Below are positions 48,901 through 60,900 of a stretch of DNA of 64,000 nucleotides, one piece after another. The stretch covers positions 4,666,735-4,730,734 of the forward strand of contig CM082592.2 in assembly GCA_040954595.2 (NCBI GenBank). Direction: 5' to 3'. The notes under the pieces are model-generated. The model saw only the letters and a list, made by a program, of their open reading frames with translations. It had not been told where the DNA came from and did no database searches. The DNA comes from Balanoglossus misakiensis. Lineage: Eukaryota > Animalia > Hemichordata. Numbering within the stretch: the first letter of the stretch is position 1; each line of letters begins with the position of its first letter. A program made the position numbers and the translations under genes.

Positions 48901-51900
48901 TGGCACCGAGATGATCGACAGGATATCGAAAAACATGGAGAGTATGCTGGACAACAAAGTGAAGGCTGTTGAGGTAAGCGTCGCAAACCAACAAACGCCA
49001 CTCCACACGGAGAATTCACTTTAATCTGCAATATTGCTAGCTTGGCTGTTATCAACTCATCACTCCACTGTCACCACAGACATCCAGTTGCTATGACAAC
49101 TGAAAAGATTAGTGATTCCTGGAGTGTTGCGAGTTGTAGTATGATGCATGGCGACCAAGTGGCTCAAGGAATGGAACGATTTTCTGACACATCACACCCT
49201 AGGAATGGTTTGAACAGCTGAAAAGAATTACATACAAGTGTTGACTCACCGTATTACAGACTTTATAGTCGGGGAGTTTTTGTGAATCGGGAATTCAAAT
49301 TTTCAAAAAAGAAATGTCCATGAATTTAAATACATGTACAAACAGAATCAGTGAAATGAATCTGTCATGAAAATTTCTACATTACAAAACATTAATAATT
49401 AATGACTTTACATCTATTAGAGTTAAAACTCTAATTTTCCAATATTGCCAAAATGTCATTCCTGATGTCAGTATCTCTACAAATAATCAGTAATTCAAGT
49501 CCTTTTCGCTGTTTAATTCATCTCCCCTTTGAAAAAAAAAGATGTGTGTATTATTTTCTGAATAATTTTTAGGGGCCAGCTATCACATTGTGCGGCATTG
49601 TTGCACACGCACAATGAGAACACTAATCCATTATTAATGGAGACGTATCGGCATGATAATTGCAGGATCCCCTCTTGAAAGGAGCATGCAGACAATGTGA
49701 CGGGTGACAATTCTATCAGTACGTACATCACTGAGGAATTTAGAATCCAATTTACTCAAAAGTTGAAGTAGGCAAAATTTATTGTCAGCGGTCACCCTAA
49801 TAACAAATACTTGTCTGAGAACTGTATTTTTATATTCAAGCAAAATCTTTTTTTTTTCAAAGGAAATAGGGATTGGATTCCCCTGGAGATTGGCCCCTTC
49901 TGTATATTATCAATAAGTCTGTTATTGTCTGGCAAACCAAAAGTGGATATGAAATTAATGAGTCCGTGTGTTGATCGGGCCTTGTAATGTATTGATGTCA
50001 TTTTTCGGATCGACAAAGCCGTGATAGTTTTGAACCGCCATCAAATTACCTGGTGCGGGTTAGCGCTTTTTGTTGTAGGTAATTTTCTTGGAGTGGCGAT
50101 TCTTTGACCTTGGGAGACACAGCCGCGTGTACCGCGCTCCGAGCGATACTCCGGCGAATTCCCATATGGCAACATGAGCTATAGAAAACCCAACATTGAA
50201 TCTATAATTTCCCATTCTAGAGGGATGGGGACTTTCTTTTTTTCTCAATATGTTATTCCGAATTGACGGATCTCGTTTCCATTGTTGGGCTTGAATGCAG
50301 ATGCGTTGAACAAAACCCTGCCAATGTAAACTGCATAAACGCTTGAAAAGTCTCATGCAATCTATATCGACGTTGTATTGGATGTTTTATTTAATGTTTG
50401 CGTTTCAAGTTCTGTAAGAAGAAAAAAATCCATAGAAACCATTGACATGTGAGATTTCTCTGTCAGTGTTTAATATTTTTATTTCGAATTTACAAGCCCC
50501 ATTGATACACTTTCATCACTCCATTGGTGTAGAAACTGAAGGGTCATTGTTGAGTACTTGAGTGCAAGTACTCTAAATTAGAAAAAAAAGACATAACCAA
50601 CGTTTGTCTGAGATAAAATATCATGCTTAGCTCACTGAAAATTATTCCTATAGTATTCATAATAGTGAAATGTTCTTCCATGTTGTCACATTATGAAGGC
50701 ATTGTGTAGAAATAATGAAATGCTGAAATCACGCAGGAAATATAATAATACTATATTCGGAACAGAGTGTGTTGCTGGACATGTCCTGTCTTTTAACACA
50801 TGATATTTGACTTCGAAGACAGGCAATTTATAAATAATCACTATAACCTGTGATACAGAACTGTCTATATGCAGGTACGCATGAACAGAACACCTCAGAA
50901 ACTGTCCTATCAATAACTTAATAACTGTTTTATCCCACTCATTCCTATTGAGGATTATATTGCCCATGATAAAATATATTTACACTAAAAATGCTCTTTG
51001 CTGAGTAGCATTCTGTTACATGACAGTGTGAAAAAAAGAGGTCAATTTGTTCTGTATTTGTCAGATCTGTCCATATTGCCACACCACACGCCCAATGAAA
51101 GGTATTACTTTGTTATATTCTGTCTGCTTGTTTAGAGGGGACAGAGTCAGTAACTCATGTTCATTAATTCGTTCATTCGTTCTTTCTTTCTTTCATTCAT
51201 TCGTTCGTTCGTTCGTTCGTTCATTCATTCATATATTCATGAATGAATTCATCTCTGTTTACATTACATTACGATTAGGTGTAATATTAAATGCATGTGA
51301 GCCATTAGCGGCCATGGTTGTACTCAGTCCTTTTATCTAGACATATCATGTCAGATTGAATGACATAATTACTAGTATACACCATAAATGGGGTCATTCA
51401 GTTTTGTTGCACCTGCAAACAGTACAAAAGTAGAGCTGAGCTATCCATGATCAATATCATATCAGCAGAGCTGTATGTTATTAAGCTATTATGACCCTTT
51501 AAAGCCATAATAGCTGGTACTTTTAGGAAAACTTTGATAAAAAGCTTACGTAAATCTTCTCCTTTTCCTTGGTTGATAAACGATTCTCTTTAAATGTGTG
51601 GGGATTCTAAAACCCATGTGTCCATACCATGTTAATTGTGAGCTGTTGTAATGTATTGTGGGTAGCTAAATAAATGCTCGTGGCACCTGTTTATTATTTA
51701 AATTGTTCACATCAAAATGCACAGCCATAAATCATAAGTTGATTACATGTTACCAATCTTTTAGCTATTTTAAATGGACTATTCTATTTGAATGTAAATA
51801 ATGCAAAAAAAGGCAGGTATTGGGGTATTAAATGAGCGAAGTTGTAAAAAAAAATGGAGGCAAGATTATGCTGTGTACACCAGCCTTTCACATCCCAGAG

Positions 51901-54900
51901 CAGTTAAACAATGGCCATGCTATACAGCCTTGAATTCTATGCATGTTGCGGGTATGCTGATGACCTTTAGAGAGACATATCATATATGAGAAAAATTTCA
52001 GCAAAATCTATCCTATAATACACAAAACATTTTCACTATGACAACGGATTTACCGTTTTTGTACAGTCCATAGATGGCTTGTGTTATAGTTCTGTCTAAA
52101 AACCAATATTCCCATATTTGCCTTGATATAGAGCAGTCTCGTGTTTAATTGGTAATTTGCTCACGACAGCCTGGGTTTAGCAAAAAATACCGGTATAAAA
52201 TCAAGATAAAACTGCCAGAGTGTCTGTCATTCACGTTAGCAGAAAAATAACGTCCCCCAATTCAATACTAATTTTTCCAAAATGACTGATTTAAAAATAA
52301 CGAGAAAAATGGCATTTCATTCGTGACATTTTTTTTCACCCTCATTTATTCGATTACAGATCTTGAACTGTGGTTCGCATTTTCCGACACTTCTTTCACT
52401 CATATTCTGAGAAGTTGCGTGACTGGCCGTACTTACGGCAACAAAAACAAATTTCAAAATCCAATTAAATTACATTGTGCCGGGACATTGGCGTCTGATT
52501 GTGTGCGTTGCCAGTTTTGAAATGACAGTCGACTGGCAAATTATGCTGTAAAAGTCTTGTCATGAGCCAATGGCTTTGAATGAGGAAACATCTTTGAAGA
52601 AGAACCTTTTAACTGAATCCACATGTGGCTGTTACCTGTGGACTTCAATTTTACCTTAAAATTCCCAAATTACACCAACATGTAGGTCGCTTTCTTAAAA
52701 AAACATGGAATTACTGTAGGTATAAGTACTTGACTTGTATGGTGATTCAGTTTCTTTCTATTTGCTAATTGAGAACTTCTTTTTTCGTGATTCCCAACCC
52801 ACAAAGGAAAATGTCATTGTCTGGCATTTTACAAGGTAGAATTTAACAGGCATCATCATCATCTCGTTTGATTTCAAAAAGAAAGTGAACGAAAGCCTAG
52901 CTGTTTCTCAGGTAGAAGCTATGTACAGTAAGTGTGGATTTAGCTGTCTGGAGTTCAAACTCAGAGCATATACTGTAAAACATGTAATTTTCGCGAACAA
53001 CGCGAGAGCCAAAATAAGCGCGATAAAAAAAGTCGCGAAAGAACATTGTGTACAATAGAATGTTTTCGGAAATAAACAGAACGCGAAAATTAATCGTTGC
53101 GGAATGGTTGCCTCTGTTGATATCGCGAAAAAATTTCCTGCCCCCAAAATTTCCTGTTTTACAGTATCTCAATACAGTATTCAGGACAAGTGGACACGCT
53201 CTATGTCTTCTGATTCACAAAAGTTGCCATCAGCCTTTTACAGTGGCCACTGTCCCTAATTATGATGAATGTTGTCTGTGCATTGCAACGACCGGTTGGC
53301 CGACATGATGGGAATAATTCATCGTACTCCCGTACGTGCATACACAGTTTTGAGGCCTTAGGGGGGATCACTGAAAAGGCATTTCACTACCCAAGAACAT
53401 AACAGGGCATTTAAAAGCTATTCCAATACAGTCGTGGATTTCAATTTACATGATGTGCATATCCATGAGTCTGCGAGATCAGTCTGAGAGTATCAACCCC
53501 CTGTAAAACCTGTAATTTAGGTAATCGTATCATACAATTAAATTGTCAATTTTTCAGTTAATGCATGCAGTTGGCAAGACAGGATCTCAGCCTTATAATT
53601 CTCTCTTTACTGAGTCATTAAAAATTTGAATTGTGGAAATTGTTTATTACGTACATGCAAGACATGAAAATGAAGATGGAAACTCATTGAACGTTAAGGC
53701 GGAAATAGACACAGTTACGAGGCAAGCTCCTTGCTAATAAAATGGAGACCCCCGCGCATAATGATGTGTACCGGTATATATTGCCAGCAGAGTAATCAGT
53801 TTCATTAATTTGCATATTTATTAGTGTTTCCTTATTGAGTTAATGCATGCATATTAGCAGTCGGGTCAGGACTGTGATATTAATTCCATGGCAAATTATA
53901 CCCATTACTCACTTGATCCCCACCTTTCCCATTTTAACTAGTGTACGGAATAGGCTCTCGCACGGAATGATCCGTCGCCAGACCGCATCCTGATCGTAAT
54001 GAGGTGTTTTTGAGTGCCCAGTATTAATTTGCACCTGGTGGAGAACTGTGCTTGAAGTCATTTGATCAATTGATGAATACATAAAAAGTACTGGGTTTTC
54101 GAGCGATGTGGGGTACCTGATCACTGACGTATATTATTATTCGCTGAATATTTTACTGTGGAATAAAAGTACTTCCAGCTCCATGTAGCGGTACATGTTC
54201 TGGCTAAATTTAATTATGACCATTGCAAATATTAACATAAACCTAATGAGGTTTTGTTATCGAGAGTCGATCAAACACCAAAAAAAACATTTTAAGGCAA
54301 ATTATATTCCATCAGTATCTTTCAGACAGATAACAGCTGGGAGAGAACTCAGAAACTACATCAGTGCGTAGATTTTTGTTTTCCTGATGGATACGTCATT
54401 CTGAAAAATGTCTCATTCGATCATAATGAAAATTAATTTTGATGCATTGAATAAAAAGAAAGATAAATTCTAAATTTCCTTTTTGGAGGAAATCGCGTGA
54501 AAAGAACGCAAGCGCTGTGTATGGGCCGAGTCTTATGGCTGTTGGCCTTAGAAATAGAATTTTGTCAGTAAATGTCATTTTGACACAAATCTCTTCAAAA
54601 TTGATGTAATTTGCTCAATGGGAGCTGAAAGGCAAAGACAGGAGTCACTTGCTGTACCAGAATATAAATGCATACTCTCGGCCAGAAGAGACTGTGGTGT
54701 GTTGTACCTTGATCATTTCTACAGGATCATAGGTGTTTTTTTTACAGATAATTGAGAGATTAAAAGGTGGGTGTATGCACCGCATTGTGAGATTGTCAGA
54801 AAGGTGATAGTCCTTCAACTGCTTCCTTGTGATACTAAAGTGTGTGAGTCTTTTGAAAATATAGAAGAAAACTGTCTTGTTTCATAAAAAAATACTACTT

Positions 54901-57900
54901 TAATTTAAATTTTCTCCACAGAGTTAACACAGAGGTGGGCAGCCATTTTGAATTTCAAAATGTAGACAATTTGAGGCAATTTTGTCCTTTCATTCACCAT
55001 TTTTGATGGTGAACCCTAATTTTTATTCTCAATTTTAAAAACTAAAAAAAGTGCTTAAGCCAAAAAGGTATTTTGTTTATTTTCTGTGTCCCAGTAAGAA
55101 TTTCACCCCAATCAACATTGACATTGAACAGTTCTATTCAGTTGTGGGTTACCGTGGGTCTTAATTGCTTGTCCTGTGTACATAGTTTCCCAATAGGTGC
55201 CATGTTTACCACCCTCCACTGTGCGTACATATGGGAGTCCATCCTCATCCAGTCATCCCATATGAAAGCATATTGACACATCACTCAAAACTACTTCTCA
55301 TCAACTCTACACCCTATAGTTACATTCCAGGCTGATGAAACATTATTTAGATTATAGTTAAATTCATGCCTTTCAGCTTTCTCAGCCAGATGTTTTGAAA
55401 GAAAAACTGTCATCGGGTTTGTTTGAATAAAATTGACTATGCATGTTGACATATTTCCTTTAAAAAGTGAGGGTATGTAGTTAATATACTCACTGGGTGT
55501 ACTGTGTACAAAGAATTTTACAAGTATTTAATTTAATAGTTGGAGCACATGAGATCCCAAGCGAGATAAAAGATATTAATCATCAAGTATTATGCAAATT
55601 TGCAATATTAATGTAATTTTTTTACTGAAAGATTAATACGGAAATCTTTAAAGTGAATGGTAATGGACTACTGTGCCATTAATATTACACTCCGTAAGAG
55701 CCTACATTTTAATTTCCACGGCAGTGAACTGTCTGTCGGTATGTTGGTACGTCTGGCTGTCTGATGTACATCTTTGTATGAAAAAAGAAATGTCATGAGT
55801 CTATGGATATTTATTATTACTAGGTACAGCTGATTGTAAATGGCAAAGTTTTGAAATTGCTTCCCTTGTGCGATAATGTATTGTTTTATACACAGCATAC
55901 ATGTACATGTAAATGTCTTGCATAGCAGATTTTTACTTCCCAGCATTTGTAGTATACATGACTGTAGAAATAAAATTAACAGGTTGGTGAATGGTGATTC
56001 TTGTGTCAGAGCACTTGGATAAAACACAGAAAGTGAGGTTGGCAGTCAGCCAAAATGATCATATGATTAAAAGAGTATTGTCAGACAGAAGTGGATTAGT
56101 GTTGCCATGGAAACCAAAATATGGCAAAGGGGTCCAAATTAAGCACTTATCATAAATGTGTCTCTAAATAAAAAAATAGCTTGTTAAATAAATAAATAAA
56201 CTGATAGAAAGATAGATAAATAGATAAATAAATAAATAAATAATAACATAGTTTTGAAGTCAAAACACTGTATGTATAATTTGCATTTATGTGTATTCTG
56301 CTGAAAACTGTTAAAAAACAGGTACATTATTTAAAATATGGGAAGAAAGACTTTATTTCACAAGTGGGTGCAGTCTGCTTGTCACTGAAGACAGGTAATA
56401 TGCCCAGAGTTCATGCTCTTGCGTTGGCAAGGGTTTTAGTTTGTATCACCCAAGGTGCCTCTTAGATTAAACCAGTTGGCATACCGTAAAACGGGTTATT
56501 TTCGCGACAGGAAATTTTTCGCAATATCAAAAGAGGCAACTGTTACGCGAGGATTAATTTTGCGTTCTCGTATTTCACTAACTGCATCATTATATCCGAA
56601 AAACATTTTACGCGACTTGTTATTTTCACGTTTGTTTTGGCTCTCGCGTATTTTGCGAAAAATTTATTGCTCCCCAAAAATAACCCGTTTTACAGTATCC
56701 GCCGTGTGCAGAATCCTGTTCTGCAGACGGCCATTGCACATACCTGTATTCTGGTCACATTGTTTTCTGTTTGTAAGGCCAGTCTGTGTGATTGATAGGG
56801 GGGATCATTTTCGATGTGCGTGCGGCGAAGATAAATATAATGCATGGCGATTGAATAGCGTGGAAGGGACAAGTTTTTTTGTTCACAATGTCACAGCTGT
56901 TTTTTGCCGTACTGCTTTTTTGTGGGATTCTGGTTTTTGGAATAATGATAACTGCATCTTAAAAAAATGCAACTTAAACAAAATGTAATGAATGATGAAA
57001 CACATGCCAAAAAATAATAATCTGGAAATGAATTTAACAGAGTGACATATTGGTATAAATTTAATTAATTGACAATCTGCAGTATGTATAAAAGGATGCA
57101 TGGATCTTCTTCCTGTAATTTCATTACACAGTATTTGTTGAAATGGTATGACTGATATGCCAATTAAAATATAACCAGGTTAAGAAAATAAAACGTTATA
57201 ATGGAGTGCTAGTACTTGTATCTCATATGACAGGAAACTGGACATTGCTGTTACCTTCATGGTTCGTTTCCCCAATAAGAACACTACAGTTAGCAATTTA
57301 TGTAACCACATTGCACACTAACATGTGTACTTGAGACATCTTCATCCAATGCCCTGAGGCCAAAATGAAACTGTCAGACAGATGTGTCTACAAGTACCAG
57401 AGATTTTCTACTGATACTTAATGTACTGATAGATGCTGCTCAGTGCATTTTTTGAAATTTTAGATAATAATATTTCTTTATTTTCTAAGATAAATCAAAT
57501 GCCAAGGCCTTATATGGAAGTTATAGTCAAAAATGTGTATATTTTTCTGCACTTTCAGAACCTTGTCGAGGCTGCAGAGAAGGCAAATGTAGCGATGGAC
57601 CGAGACCTTACCATTGATGCTGATGAGGTAAGTTAAAGGTCTGCGAAAACGATAGTTCTGAGGGAGTCAGTCCAACCCATATTGAACCCTTTCACCCCCC
57701 CCCCCCCCAGTTCCCTCTATAAAGGTCCAACCTTCTCATAGGAAACAATGGATTTGGACTGGACCATAGTGGTTAAAGGGTTAATGGGAGTGCGTCGAAT
57801 GTTGCTGAACAATGTACATGTAGTTCTCAGTGTAGTGGACACAAAAGTTACACACCAGCTCAAACCACAGTGGATTGCCAAAATATGGTGGAGTTCTGAT

Positions 57901-60900
57901 CTATCCCTTACAAAAATACCCTATAGGTACCTATAGCTAACCTATAGGTGCTTATAGGTTGTTTATAGGTAGGTTATAGGTACCTATAGGGTCAATTCCC
58001 CCTCCCCCCAATAAACATTACTTACTGGGTAATCTCTGTACTTGTCTTTACCCCCATGTCCTGTCTGATCAGTAGCTAAGTTGTTTAATCCAGAATACAA
58101 GCTATCAAGTTTCCGAATAAACACCTGCTAATTACTTAATCTGCGAACCCCATTGACGGATTAAGTTGATAAAGTAAACATCGGTGAACAGTACTGGGTA
58201 ATAACAGAAGATGTTTACTTTTTCAATTTAATCCGTCAATGGAGTACACAGATGAAGTCATTAGCAGGCACTTTATGGGAAATTCGATAGCTTGTATTCT
58301 GGATTAGCAACTGATAAGACAGGACATGGGGCAACACAGAAAAAAAACAAGTACAGAGGTTCAGCAAATTTTGTTCATTGAAAAATAGTGTAGTTCGGAA
58401 CTCGGCCGTGCTAACCATATTTTCGTAATCCCCTGTGTCAGGAACACTGACCCAGTGAGACATTCACCACTGAAAAAAATAAAATTGATCCAAGTTTGTT
58501 GAGGCATTCGAGATTTTACAGTTCGCGAACAGGGAATGGCATTTCTAACACACCTCTTCCATCATACCAGTACTGTCAATATGCTAATTAAGCAATCATT
58601 TTGATGTTATTTTTATTTATGCAAATTCACAAGCTCAATTAACTGACATCAAAGACTCAAAGACTTACATGTACATGTACACACTACCTGATTGATTGGT
58701 TGTCCACAATTATAATTACCCTAATTACTGATACAGTGTACCAGAGTACAGAACAGCCTGCTGAAGAGGTTGTAGTGAAACTCATCAAAGCCATTGACCC
58801 TCTACTGAAACAACAGCCAGCTGTACCTACTGCCTACAACATGGCCGATTCACATCCACAAATATTTCATTTTCATTTTGCCTATAAAACTTTTATTGCA
58901 TTGACCTACAGTTTGTTATAACTTATTCATATATATCATATTATCCTGGGCATAAATTTCATTTGGTATGTGACGAATATATTTTTTGAGCTGGTGATTA
59001 TGTGACTTGTCCAGTCCAGTATCGCATCTGTGTCCATAAAATGTAAGCACAGTAACATGTAGTATTAATCATACAGCGTATCAGTTCAGAGTACAGGGGT
59101 AGGTTTCAGGTGTTATAACCCACTGGCAGGTCTAGAAGTCGATCAAGATGAATATATGTGACTACAAGACGCCTATTTTATTGCCTTATGACACGTACGC
59201 CATTGCTCTGGTCTGAGTACAATGTTCTGTTCAAGGATGTCACCTTTGTCGGAATTCCCGTATCCGAAGAATTCAACTGCTAGAAAACCCTCTCCTACTA
59301 TTGTCGTTTTCATGAAGTCTTGCACATTGATCCACCAAATGAAAATAAATTCAACAACCTAATTAAAAATTGTAGTTGTACAACTGAGGTTAATGTCATT
59401 GGAAACTTGTGCCCACTGAAGAAAATGTCTTGTTCATAAAATGCTGACACTGCACTTTTACCCCCCCCCTCCCCCGAGAACATTGACTTGATTCATTTAT
59501 CCATGAAATTTGTGACCTTAAATTCATAAATTCATGATCGTGCGCGCCTGACTGGTCATGTACTTTATAAACCCGTACATTCACCTTGATATTCTTGACT
59601 CAAGTCTGAATTTGTCACGTTCTTTACAGGTGACCTACTTCAACGCCATGCTGATTAACGACTGGAACAACGACACGCAAACGTACGAGACGCACGACGG
59701 CCTCGGAGGCGAGTTCAAGCTGGAGCCTGATGAGCACTTCAATGACATTGCAGTGAATGTATCCGAAAGCACTGTACAGGTGCCCACTAACGTCTACAAC
59801 AGAGGTAAGCTGTGTAGTCTTAGTTCTGTTGTTGCATATTAAATTCTACTGCATGGATGCCCTCTGCTGCTAGAAAAGGGTCAGGTATGGAGCGAAAATG
59901 AACATACAAGGTACACTGGCAAATAATTGTTTGTATTTTCATTTGATCTTGCAGAAGAAACAGTGTTGCGAGACATTTTGTTCACGGAAGAACTGGACAG
60001 GGTTTTCGAATCCAACTATAATAATGACCCAACTCTAACCTGGCAGTATTTTGGAAGTTACACAGGATTTTTCAGAAATTATCCAGGTATGGATTGTATT
60101 CTGGCATTCAGTGGTTATACCAGTACATGTTACACCATAATACATTCACACATACATTAATGCTACTGTGAAAATGATATAAGTTTCCACTTTCTTCAAA
60201 CAAAATATAATTGCATCATTATAAAGAGATCAAAACAGTTGTGACATGGACCGGAAATTGACTTTGTAACTTCAATTTGACCGTTGTGATTAACCAATCT
60301 TTACATGGCAATTGTACCTGGACATATCTTGAAGGTGTTAAATGGGTGACAAACGAAAAAGGACTAGACCTCTTTGACTGCAGGAACCAGGGTTGGTAGG
60401 TCAAATCAGTTTTTCTATATCACATGTCGAGACTTGGAATAGAACCATTCAGGGGATCTATACTGCTGGTGTTAGCTTTCTTAAATTTTATCTGAATCCC
60501 TGTTTTTACCCTTTCGCCACCATGGTTCAGTCCAAATTTCGACCCATTGTTTTCTATGGTAACAGGGTAAGGTTGGATCTCTAAAGAGGGAACTGGGGGT
60601 GAAAGGGTTAAAGGGTGACCACACTAATACAGTGTTCGGTGATCGAACCTCCACCAACTGACTACTGTAGAACTGTTCTGAATTACACTGTACGCAGATG
60701 ACACACCAGCAGTTAGAAAGTCTGAATTGCCATATTCCAGGTCTCCCACCCTTTTTTTCATGTGTGTAATGTGTGCTTTGATTTTGTCATTTTCGACTTT
60801 TTTTCCCCAGGCATCAAATGGAGTCCCGATGAACAGAAATCATTGGATTTGTATGATTGCAGGAACAGAGGCTGGTGAGTTTCTGCTACCCCGGCTGCAA

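Noticed and set aside
56455-56988. 177-aa ORF in an alpha2delta intron
   Set aside because: Runs through the family G MITE, has no transposase motifs and no ATG start.
57918-57991. CCTATAGG-rich short palindrome
   Set aside because: Probably a subterminal remnant of a DNA element. Too short to classify and no partner end found.
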